NCBI GenBank assembly: GCA_905214425.1 | Contig: CAJMLY010000008.1 | Coordinates: forward strand, 3,197-67,196 | DNA: 64,000 nt | Origin: an uncultured bacterium | GTDB lineage: Bacteria > Actinomycetota > Coriobacteriia > Coriobacteriales > Coriobacteriaceae | Direction: 5' to 3' | Shown here: in pieces, positions 36,429-44,984 of the stretch | Layout: each line of letters starts with the position of its first letter | How positions within the stretch are numbered: the first letter of the stretch is position 1 | The notes under the pieces: model-generated | What the model saw: the letters and a program-made list of their open reading frames with translations, nothing else | Database searches by the model: none | Told to the model about the DNA's origin: nothing | Position numbers and translations under genes: made by a program

Positions 36429-37335
36429 CGCCGACCTCCTTGGTTCCATCGACGTTTGAGCCCGCGGCGTCGCGCTTTGCCTTGCGCTCGGCATTGAGCT
36501 CGGCGTCGCTCTCGCGCACCAATTTGATAATCGCCGCGCAGGCCTCCTCGCCCACCAAGTCGCGAGCACGCACCGTCAGACGCGTCGCCTCCTGCTTGTC
36601 GCCGTCGCTTGCAGCATCGGTCGCGCACATAATCAGGCAGATGGCAATCTCGGCCGAAGGCGAGGTCGGCACGCCTTGCAGGGACAGTTCACCCATCACG
36701 TGGTCGTCGCTCTCATCGGCGGCATCCGGATAGGCAGTATGGATCTTGTTGAGCAGGCGTGTCGTGTGCACATCGTTGGGTGCTAAGCGCAGTGCCAGAC
36801 GAGCACAGCCCGCAGCCGCCGAGACATTCTCGGTCTCGGGCTCCAAGAAATACTGACCTAGATTGGCGTAAGCGCGGGCGGCGCACTTGCCATCGCTTGC
36901 ACGCTCCAGCACCGAGAACGAGAGCGATGCCCATTCCTGCTTGTCTTCGAGTGCGCGGAACAGCTCGGCCAAATCTAAGCGATAGTTGCAGTTCATGGGG
37001 TCCCAACGCACAGCCTGCATCAGGGCATTACGAGCGCTCACATAATCCTGCTGGCGAATGTAGGCAAACGCCATGTCAGAGTACAGGCGGTCAAACGGCA
37101 CCTCGACCTGCACGAGCTCGCGCGGATCCTTCTCAACGCGGCGATAGGCCAAGCGCTCAAACTTGCTATCGAAGCTAAAGTATTGGCGCTTCTCCTCCGT
37201 CTTGCACTCGGCGTCGATATACTCCTCGGCAAGCTCCACCAGGCGCTCCAGCAGCGGCGTCGCCGTAGCCAGGTCGCCCTGCGCCAGATAGTTCTCGGCA
37301 TACGTGATGTCTTGCAAGCTGATGGGCAGATCCAT
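36418..37335 (-). CDS. Hypothetical helical-repeat (TPR-like) protein
   Basis: Long ORF with coding bias. Repeated A-x-x-Y/L-x-x-A helical hairpin patterns (YAENYLAQGDLATA, AFAYIRQQDYVSARNALMQAV). ATG 37335 follows GAGGAG. Confidence 0.6.
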   Translation of the reverse strand: MDLPISLQDITYAENYLAQGDLATATPLLERLVELAEEYIDAECKTEEKRQYFSFDSKFERLAYRRVEKDPRELVQVEVPFDRLYSDMAFAYIRQQDYVSARNALMQAVRWDPMNCNYRLDLAELFRALEDKQEWASLSFSVLERASDGKCAARAYANLGQYFLEPETENVSAAAGCARLALRLAPNDVHTTRLLNKIHTAYPDAADESDDHVMGELSLQGVPTSPSAEIAICLIMCATDAASDGDKQEATRLTVRARDLVGEEACAAIIKLVRESDAELNAERKAKRDAAGSNVDGTKEVGDAQ

Positions 37336-37389
37336 GGCTACTCCTCGATCTGAGCGAAACACGGCAGGCGCCGTATATACGGTCGATAC

Positions 37390-37419
37390 ACAAAACCCGG
37401 GTCTCTTGCGAGGCCCGGG
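37390..37419 (-). terminator. Intrinsic terminator after tRNA-Glu
   Basis: On the minus strand, CCCGGGCCTC-gcaa-GAGACCCGGG (one mismatch) is followed by TTTTG. Confidence 0.6.
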
Positions 37420-37433
37420 CGTTCATTTGTGGG

Positions 37434-37507
37434 TAGCCCGTACCAGATTCGAACTGGTGATCTCCGCCTTGAGAGGGCGGCGTCCTAAACCGCTAGACGA
37501 ACGGGCC
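37434..37507 (-). tRNA. tRNA-Glu (anticodon CUC)
   Basis: Hand-folded cloverleaf. Acceptor GGCCCGT/ACGGGCT, D arm GTCT..GGAC, anticodon stem CCGCC/GGCGG with loop CUCUCAA, T arm ACCAG-TTCGAAT-CTGGT. CCA is not encoded (CCC follows). Confidence 0.9.
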
Positions 37508-37524
37508 ATATGTAGCAAATGCAA

Positions 37525-37598
37525 TGGCTGGGATGGAGGGAGTCGAACCCCCATTGACGGAACCAGAATCCGCTGTCCTGCCATTAGACGACATCCCA
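37525..37598 (-). tRNA. tRNA-Gln (anticodon CUG)
   Basis: Acceptor TGGGATG/CATCCCA (U1-A72, typical of bacterial tRNA-Gln). Anticodon stem GCGGA/TCCGT with loop UUCUGGU. T loop TTCGACT. G73 followed by encoded CCA. Confidence 0.9.
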
Positions 37599-37642
37599 AT
37601 GACTGCATCGCTGCGCTCGGCTGTGCCTTTGCGCAAGAAAGA

Positions 37643-37671
37643 AATATACGGGAAGTCCCGCCATGACGCAA
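37643..37671 (-). promoter_or_regulatory. Candidate promoter for the tRNA-Gln/Glu pair
   Basis: On the minus strand: TTGCGT (37666-37671), 17 nt, then TATATT (37643-37648). It lies about 45 nt upstream of the tRNA-Gln 5' end. Confidence 0.3.
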
Positions 37672-37874
37672 GCCCCAATTTTGACTTTTTTGAAATTCGG
37701 TCAAATTGGCCTAATTTCGTCCAACCCGTGAAGGACCTGTGAAGCCGACCGCTGTACACGAAGGGCAAAACGCCGCGAGCGGTAGCCGTCAACCGTTGGC
37801 AGATTCTACCCCGAAAACGATAGCGCCAGGCAACACAATCGAAGTATCAATGATCGCGTAGATATCGAGGCGCC

Positions 37875-38285
37875 ATGGACGAAGAGCTTGATTACCTATG
37901 GGAGACCCTGGGCCTCGAGATCACTGCTGACCTTTGGCCCGAACGAAACAAAATCCATCCCACACTGCGCCCCGCCATCACAGTAATGCAGGCAAACTAC
38001 CGCCGCGCCTCATTTTTGATCATGCGAACGTCATGGCATGCGGCGCTCCCCGACCTCAAGCGCATCCAGGCAAGCCTCGTCGAGCTGTCCGGCATGCCGA
38101 CCGTCATATCCGAGACGAACCTGGAGCGGCGGCAGCGCGAGCGCCTGCAGCGGCAACGGATTCCGTTTATCTGCCCCGGCATTCAGGCATACCTGCCCTT
38201 TATGGACGAAGAGTACTGGAGCGACACGCCCGACACGTACGTAAAGACCTACGACCCACACGAATGGGCGCAACTGGAGGACTGA
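37875..38285 (+). CDS. Hypothetical protein (136 aa)
   Basis: Clean ORF with strong third-position GC bias. No recognised motif. Confidence 0.55.
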   Translation: MDEELDYLWETLGLEITADLWPERNKIHPTLRPAITVMQANYRRASFLIMRTSWHAALPDLKRIQASLVELSGMPTVISETNLERRQRERLQRQRIPFICPGIQAYLPFMDEEYWSDTPDTYVKTYDPHEWAQLED

Positions 38286-38303
38286 TTGGGCCAGGCCCGC
38301 CGG

Positions 38304-38412
38304 CGGAAAGTGCGTCCCAGATTTCAAGCTCAAAACGGGACGCAGTTTCCCGTCGGCCCTCAACCGGAAAGCACATCCCAGAATCGCCACTCAAAACGGG
38401 ACGCGCTTTCCG
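38304..38412. repeat. Family F: two tandem ~49-nt hairpin units (61-nt period)
   Basis: CGGAAAGTGCGTCCC-N19-GGGACGCAGTTTCCCG (38304-38352) and CGGAAAGCACATCCC-N19-GGGACGCGCTTTCCG (38365-38412). The loops share CTCAAAAC. Confidence 0.8.
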
Positions 38413-38418
38413 CAGCTG

Positions 38419-38778
38419 CTACAGCAGCGCCTCGGCCCAGGCCGCTTCCTTAAAGCCAGGAATCGCAAAGTCATCGCCCACCAGCAGCGGACGCTTAACC
38501 AGCATGCCATCAGTCGCCAGTAGCTCGTAACATTCCTGGTCCGTCATCCCCGCGTCCAGGCGCGCCTTCAGGCCCAGCTCTCGATATTTCATGCCCGACG
38601 AGTTAAAGAAGCGTCGCACCGGCAGCCCCGAACGAGCAATCCAGGTCGCTAGCTCCTCAGCCGAGGGATTGTCTGTAACAATATCGCGATCGACGTACTC
38701 AACCCCATGTTCGTCCAGCCATGCCTTGGCCTTTTTACACGTCGAGCATTTGGGATATTCAACAAACAGTACGGTCAT
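38419..38778 (-). CDS. ArsC/Spx-family thioredoxin-fold protein (YffB-like)
   Basis: MTVLFVEYPKCSTCKKAKAWLDEHGVEY...LVKRPLLV has an N-terminal CxxC. ATG 38778 follows GGAGG. Confidence 0.8.
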   Translation of the reverse strand: MTVLFVEYPKCSTCKKAKAWLDEHGVEYVDRDIVTDNPSAEELATWIARSGLPVRRFFNSSGMKYRELGLKARLDAGMTDQECYELLATDGMLVKRPLLVGDDFAIPGFKEAAWAEALL

Positions 38779-38870
38779 GGGAATCCTCCGAATATAGATC
38801 GGCCAACGCAGATACATACCATACGAGGCGCCTTCGCATCATGGAGCAATTGTAGCCCACGGGTCACACG

Positions 38871-39923
38871 CTAAACAAACCGTACCCCAAAGCTTCGCTT
38901 AACGAACGGCAGCAGCTCCATCGCTTCGGGCGCAATATGGCCTACAACGTTCATGCGCTCGTCGCCGGGAAGATCGACCCGCGCAATCTCAAGCTCGCCT
39001 TCGTAGCGCCCATAGCCGCTATTGCTCACAGCGATCGACCCCGTCTTTCGCGGTAGGCCGGCACCGGTATCCGTCGGCACGGAATCCGGCTTAAGCGTCG
39101 TGCGCGACTCCTGAGACCTAAAAATAAAGGCGCTCGAGTCAGGTCGATCGTGATGGACTTGCCCCAACAAATAGGAGTATCCGGGGTCGAGCTGGCACGG
39201 CATGTCGACATATCCAGCGGAAATCTGGGCAAACTGTGCCCAGCCTGCATCGGAAAGATCGGGGTCGCCGACCAAAACAATGTCGCAATCGGCACCATGT
39301 GCGAGCTCAAGCATGTTAAGGGCAACCTTTGACGCGCGACCGCGCTGCGCCTCAACCGTCGGTACGCCCTCGAATACCGGCCCGCGAACGTTGGCATCAC
39401 CCGGCACAAAAGCCATGATTTCGAAGCCAAGCGCCGCAAGACGAAGATTCGTCCGAGCAATGTCCTCCAGAGCTAAACCGGTATAGGGCTTGGGATAAAA
39501 ATTGTGGCAGGCGGCAAAACGGGTCACATCGGCACCGGCCTCTCGCCACGATGCGATTTCATCAGGACCCACCGTCGATGCATTGACCACGATGCGAAAT
39601 ACACCGGACAGCTCCGCGACCCGCTGGGGACTAAAGCCATAATCCAAGCGCAGGTACTCCAGTCCCAGATCACGCAAGTCCTCCATGCGCTCAAGGCCCA
39701 GCAAATCGCACGTGCGCGGCCCCACATCGGCAATGAGCGCAATACCGCGAGCGGAAAGTCGCGACAGCACCTGGCGAACCTTATCGGCATACGCCGCTCC
39801 CCCATCCTCGGGAATATGCAGCGAGGTAAACGCATAGCGCGCACCCGCCGCGGCGCCATGTTCAATCGTCCGCTCGATATCTTGCAGAGGACTGGAAAGA
39901 TAAATCGAAATACCCGTTTTCAC
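38871..39923 (-). CDS. mupG: DUF871/MupG-family 6-phospho-N-acetylmuramidase
   Basis: The N-terminus MKTGISIYLSS...FTSLHIPEDG is typical of DUF871. It is located in an operon with murQ and murP. GTG start after AAAGGAG. Confidence 0.75.
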   Translation of the reverse strand: MKTGISIYLSSPLQDIERTIEHGAAAGARYAFTSLHIPEDGGAAYADKVRQVLSRLSARGIALIADVGPRTCDLLGLERMEDLRDLGLEYLRLDYGFSPQRVAELSGVFRIVVNASTVGPDEIASWREAGADVTRFAACHNFYPKPYTGLALEDIARTNLRLAALGFEIMAFVPGDANVRGPVFEGVPTVEAQRGRASKVALNMLELAHGADCDIVLVGDPDLSDAGWAQFAQISAGYVDMPCQLDPGYSYLLGQVHHDRPDSSAFIFRSQESRTTLKPDSVPTDTGAGLPRKTGSIAVSNSGYGRYEGELEIARVDLPGDERMNVVGHIAPEAMELLPFVKRSFGVRFV

Positions 39924-39940
39924 GCTTCAACACTCCTTTA

Positions 39941-39973
39941 AAAAAGGCCGGCGGAGCAGTTAGCCCCGCCGGC
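39941..39973 (-). terminator. Intra-operon hairpin + U-tract between murP and mupG (attenuator or partial terminator)
   Basis: On the minus strand, GCCGGCGGGG-ctaactgct-CCGCCGGCC is followed by TTTTTAAAGGAGTG. The U-tract runs directly into the mupG Shine-Dalgarno. Confidence 0.5.
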
Positions 39974-40040
39974 ACAACCATAGCATCAAGAAATCTGCCG
40001 CGCGCCGCGAGCCCTGAGCAACACGACTCGCGATATCAAA

Positions 40041-41471
40041 CTACTCGCCAAAGAACTCGTTGATCTTCTGCTCGTCGACGCCGAAGAACCACGTCAGGAC
40101 AAAGCCGGCGGCGTAGGCAAGCAGCATGGCGGCAACGTAGCCGAGCTGCTGGCCAGGAACGACGATCAGCAGGCCAAACAGACCGGAAACGCCCTGAGAA
40201 ACCGTGCCGATGTGAAGCAGCGCCGCGAGCGCGCCACCAAATCCGGCACCCAGGCAGGCCGTCACAAACGGGCGGACAAGCGGCAGCGTAACAGCATACA
40301 TCAGAGGCTCGCCAACGCCCAGGATGCCAACGGGAATGGACTCTGCAACATACTTCTTGAGCTTGGCGTTCTTGGTCTTAAAGTACAGCGCCAGACCGGC
40401 ACCGACCTGGCCGCCGCCAGCCATCATAAGGATGGGCAGCAGGTAGTTGATGCCCTTGGTAGCGCCCTCGGGATCGTTGAGCATGGCGTGGATCGGCGTA
40501 AGTGCCTGATGCAGGCCGACGGAAACCAGCGGCAAAAAGCCTGCCGACAGGATATAGCCGCCCAGAACACCCAGCTTCTCGAAGATAAAGGTCAAAACGC
40601 TAAAAATGGCAGTCGTCAGCCATGCGCCAACCGGCTGGATGACGAGCATCAGAGCAAAGGCGCCGATGATGAGCACCAGCAGCGGAGACAGGAATGTATC
40701 GAGCGCGTTGGGCATAACCTTGCGAATCTGACGCTCCATCCAGGCAAAAAATGCGCCAGCGATGAGAGCCGCGATCATGCCGCCCGCGGCGGGATTGTAC
40801 TGCGCATTGGTGAGCGGCAGCAGAATGGCAGTGGCAGGATCAGCCGCGCCAGGCGCAAGCAGGGGCATGGCACTGTTGGCGATACACATCATGCCGGCGA
40901 TGCCGCCCAGCGCAGCGGAGCCACCAAACTCACGTGCCGCGTTATAGCCCACCAAGATAGGCAGATAGGCGAAGAGGGCCCAGCCCATGGAACGAATGCC
41001 CTGGTACCACCACTCGCCTGCAAGCGCGCCTGCCGTCGAGACGTTAATGACGTTGCAGATACCGTTGATGAGGCCAGCCGCAATGATGCCGGGAAGCAGG
41101 GCGACGAAGACGTTGGAAATCTTCTTAAGGAAGGCCTGAACCGGTTTGGTCTCGTACTTGGCCTTCTGCGCGGCCTTGTTTGTGGCCGCAGCGTCAGCCA
41201 CACTCTCGTCAGCAACGCCTTTCGCAAGGCCGGTGAGCTTGGAGAATTCCTCGAGCACCTTATTCACCTTGCCCGGACCCAGCACGATCTGCATCGTGTC
41301 GTCCTCAACAAGGCCCATCACACTGTCGAGCGCCTTAATACCCTCCGCGTCGACGTTGCCCGCGTCTTTGACGGTCACATGCAGGCGCGTCATGCACGCC
41401 GCGTTTGCCAGCACGTTGTCTTTACCGCCCAAAAGGTCCAGCAGCTTTTGAGCCAGCTCTTTGTTCGTCAT
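40041..41471 (-). CDS. murP: PTS EIIBC component, N-acetylmuramic acid-specific type
   Basis: N-terminal EIIB (LLDLLGGKDNVLANAACMTRLHV, with the active Cys) followed by a 10-TM EIIC. Neighbour of murQ. ATG 41471 follows AAGGAGGAG. Confidence 0.85.
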   Translation of the reverse strand: MTNKELAQKLLDLLGGKDNVLANAACMTRLHVTVKDAGNVDAEGIKALDSVMGLVEDDTMQIVLGPGKVNKVLEEFSKLTGLAKGVADESVADAAATNKAAQKAKYETKPVQAFLKKISNVFVALLPGIIAAGLINGICNVINVSTAGALAGEWWYQGIRSMGWALFAYLPILVGYNAAREFGGSAALGGIAGMMCIANSAMPLLAPGAADPATAILLPLTNAQYNPAAGGMIAALIAGAFFAWMERQIRKVMPNALDTFLSPLLVLIIGAFALMLVIQPVGAWLTTAIFSVLTFIFEKLGVLGGYILSAGFLPLVSVGLHQALTPIHAMLNDPEGATKGINYLLPILMMAGGGQVGAGLALYFKTKNAKLKKYVAESIPVGILGVGEPLMYAVTLPLVRPFVTACLGAGFGGALAALLHIGTVSQGVSGLFGLLIVVPGQQLGYVAAMLLAYAAGFVLTWFFGVDEQKINEFFGE

Positions 41472-41528
41472 AACTCCTCCTTGTATCGGGTATCTCTTCT
41501 GGATGTCACATCTGCTTACGCCGTGCAC

Positions 41529-42452
<924 letters not shown>

Positions 42453-42462
42453 TTCATTCACC

Positions 42463-43323
42463 TCATCTTTCCTGTTTCTCGATGTAGTTTTGCTTAATGA
42501 CATGCGTCGCCCGCTCGTAGTCGCTGGCAACGTAAGCAGCGTACAGGGCATCGACAACCATAAGCTGGGCCATACGCGAAGCCATGGCACCGCTGCGGAC
42601 CAAGGGCTCACTCGCAGCGACGCCGAGCACGGCATCGGCCATGGTGGCAAGCTTGGACGATCCATCTACTTTGGTCACGGCCACAACGGGGCAGTTGTGA
42701 CGTTGAGCCTCGACGGTGCAGTCCAGCACCTCTCGCGTCAAGCCCGAGTAGCTAAAGGCGATTGCCATATCGCCCTCATGCATGTTCTTGGCACACAGAA
42801 GCTGATCATGCCAGTCGTCGTACAGATGGCACACTTTGTCAACACGCATGAGCTTTTGCGCCAGATCGTGCGCGACCAAACGAGAGGCGCCGATACCGAA
42901 CAGATTGACCGCGCGTGCCCGCTTAAGATGGGCCGCGCATCGCTCCAAGACGCTGTAATCGAGCGTTCGCGCCGTCGCCTCGATCGTGCGTACGTTGCTT
43001 TTCATCACCTTCCCCACGATACGTTCGACGCTGTCGTCCATGGAGATGTCCTCGAGGGCAACGTCTTTCTTATCACCCAAGAGCGCCAGTTCGGCAATCA
43101 GTTCGCGCTGGAACTCCTTGTAACCCGCAAAACCCAAGCGCTTGCAAAAGCGCAAAATGCTCGAGGGCGAGGAGAACGTGGCATCGGCAAGACCGCGGAC
43201 GGACAGCCCGACCACCTCGTGCGGATGAGCGCTTACGTATGCGATGACATTGCGTTCCGCCGGGCTCGCGCTGAGCTCACGTTCACGAAGCCGCAAAAGC
43301 AATCCGTTTGCCATCTCAAACAC
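42463..43323 (-). CDS. RpiR/MurR-family transcriptional regulator (HTH + SIS)
   Basis: The N-terminal HTH_6 region (ERNVIAYVSAHPHEVVGLSVRGLADATFSSPSSILRFCKRLGFAGYKEF) is followed by a SIS domain. Confidence 0.85.
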   Translation of the reverse strand: MFEMANGLLLRLRERELSASPAERNVIAYVSAHPHEVVGLSVRGLADATFSSPSSILRFCKRLGFAGYKEFQRELIAELALLGDKKDVALEDISMDDSVERIVGKVMKSNVRTIEATARTLDYSVLERCAAHLKRARAVNLFGIGASRLVAHDLAQKLMRVDKVCHLYDDWHDQLLCAKNMHEGDMAIAFSYSGLTREVLDCTVEAQRHNCPVVAVTKVDGSSKLATMADAVLGVAASEPLVRSGAMASRMAQLMVVDALYAAYVASDYERATHVIKQNYIEKQER

Positions 43324-43409
43324 CTCCGTTGAGAAGAATTAAAGACCAACGAACGATTCGTACCGGATATAAACAGCTTTTACGGTACATTGTGCCGCAT
43401 CGTGGCGCA

Positions 43410-43437
43410 CAAAGGGCGAGCGTTCTACCGCTCGCCC
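43410..43437 (-). terminator. Possible terminator downstream of the VanZ-like gene
   Basis: On the minus strand, GGGCGAGCG-gtagaa-CGCTCGCCC is followed by TTTGTG, a short U-tract. Confidence 0.35.
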
Positions 43438-43518
43438 CTCAAATCCGACCGCTCGGAAATACGCGCGACACAAAATAATTCAACGAGGTCGCATGATCAG
43501 AAACGGGTTTGTTACCGG

Positions 43519-44094
43519 TTAGTGCCTCGCATGGGCGCCGATGGGGCGCGTCACGTGGTGCACCCATGCGGAGACCAGCAATACCAACAGCATGGCGGTG
43601 ACATAGCCCGCGGCATCGAAGCCCAGGTCGATCATGTCGAAATGACGACCAGGAACAAAGATCTTGTGCACTTGGTCACCGACAGAGCAGACGGCGCAAA
43701 AGAGCGCAGCGAGTACGTACCGGAATCGCGCGCATGGCAGGCACTCGCCCAGGCATGCCACGGTCGCCGAAGCAAACAGTCCGACAAAGAAGAACTCAAC
43801 GGTATGTGCGACGTGACGAATGTTGGCACCCATCCACAGACGAACGGGCGCAAGCGGGTCGGGATGAACGGTGGCAGTCGTTGAATCCGCGCCCTCGACG
43901 GCATCCCCCGCCTGGGACTCCTGCGCGGCGTCGGGCCGCACGTCCGCGGCCCGTCCCTCCACCGCGCGCGCAGTGGACTCGCTGAGCGACGACGTCTGCT
44001 CCACGTTTTGCTCCGTCAGTATCCAAATACTTGCCATCGTCACGACCAGCAGGGCAACCGAAATCCATCCGACTATGTGCTTCACACGCGCCAA
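43519..44094 (-). CDS. VanZ-like family membrane protein
   Basis: Several TM segments and the conserved H..EFF..G and D...D..G pattern (HTVEFFFVGLF...DMIDLGFDAAGY). TTG start 7 nt after GGAGG. Confidence 0.65.
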   Translation of the reverse strand: MARVKHIVGWISVALLVVTMASIWILTEQNVEQTSSLSESTARAVEGRAADVRPDAAQESQAGDAVEGADSTTATVHPDPLAPVRLWMGANIRHVAHTVEFFFVGLFASATVACLGECLPCARFRYVLAALFCAVCSVGDQVHKIFVPGRHFDMIDLGFDAAGYVTAMLLVLLVSAWVHHVTRPIGAHARH

Positions 44095-44164
44095 GGGCTA
44101 GCCTCCGTCTGTTTTTGAGCAGCAGCGAGTGTACCCCCAAATGCAGTTGTCTCCGTAGCGAAAT

Positions 44165-44206
44165 CCAAAATGTTCGAATTGGGGCGCCAATGGGCCGTGG
44201 CGCCCC
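44165..44206 (-). terminator. GC hairpin at the 3' end of the recombinase gene (weak terminator)
   Basis: GGGGCGCCA-atgggccg-TGGCGCCCC (44181-44206) overlaps the TAG stop. The T-run is only distal (CATTTTGG). Confidence 0.3.
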
Positions 44207-44811
44207 TACTCCATCTCGCGCATCCAGCGATCGAAGGTCCCCACGCACACGCCTAGCCGCTTTGCCGCCTGACTCCGCGTGATATCACCCGCCTCATAGG
44301 TAACGCGCACCAGCTCGAATTGCGGAGGACAGGGCTTGCGGGGCCGGCCAAAGCGCACGCCGCGCGCTCGCGCCGCCGCAATGCCCTCGGCTTGGCGCCG
44401 ATGAATGTTCTCGCGCTCCACCTGCGCCACATAGCTCAGCAGCTGCAAAACAATATCGGCAATCAAGGCACTCGTCACGTCTGACCCACTACAGTCTCTG
44501 GCGCGCGTGTCGAGCAATGGCATGTCCAGCACCACGATGGCAGCGCCGAGCTCTTTGGTTATGCACCGCCATTCCTCGAGGATCTCGCTGTAGTTACGGC
44601 CCAGCCGGTCAATGGAAAGCACCACCAGCACATCACCGGAATCCAACGCGCACAGCAGCTCGCGATACCGCGGTCGATCGAAGTCCTTGCCGCTCGCATG
44701 ATCGGCAAAGATATTCGCCGGTTCCACGCCATAGGCGCCCAGCGCATCCAGCTGCCGATTCAGATTTTGATCACGCGAGCTCACCCGCGCATACCCGTAC
44801 ACCGTTGTCAT
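44206..44811 (-). CDS. Small serine recombinase (resolvase/invertase family)
   Basis: MTTVYGYARVSSRDQNLNRQLDAL contains the catalytic Ser motif YxRVSxxxQ. Also ...VLSIDRLGRN and the C-terminal HTH ITRSQAAKRLGVCVGTFDRW. ATG 44811 is preferred over the track start 44841. Confidence 0.9.
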   Translation of the reverse strand: MTTVYGYARVSSRDQNLNRQLDALGAYGVEPANIFADHASGKDFDRPRYRELLCALDSGDVLVVLSIDRLGRNYSEILEEWRCITKELGAAIVVLDMPLLDTRARDCSGSDVTSALIADIVLQLLSYVAQVERENIHRRQAEGIAAARARGVRFGRPRKPCPPQFELVRVTYEAGDITRSQAAKRLGVCVGTFDRWMREME

Positions 44812-44830
44812 CTCATCCCCGCTCTCTCGT

Positions 44831-44875
44831 AAACCTCCCAAAAGGGAACAAGTTTATTTTGGTAGGTTTTATCTC
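44831..44875. repeat. Family E repeat, copy 1 (abuts the recombinase start)
   Basis: AACCTCCCAAAAGGGAACAAGTTTATTTTGGTAGGTTTTATCT aligns, in the same orientation, with 57950-57992 (AACCTGCCAAACAGGGACAGGTTTATTTTGGCAGGTTTTATCT). It contains the short stem AACCT.CCAAA / TTTGG.AGGTT. Confidence 0.7.
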
Positions 44876-44984
44876 CCCTATAGCAGGCGGAAGACGCAAG
44901 CACACGAGCGGCAAGACGATTAATGCGCCACTAAAAAGGCGGCCCCAAAAGACCGCCCCGTTCTCTATCAATCAGCAAATTCGG

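Noticed and set aside
44164-44875. hix/gix-like inverted crossover sites flanking the serine recombinase gene (CCAAAAT-containing segments at ~44170 and ~44860)
   Set aside because: Only a 7-nt core is shared. The 44851-44875 sequence is mirror-symmetric (TTTTGG-TA-GGTTTT), not dyad-symmetric as invertase sites are. This is not distinguishable from chance.
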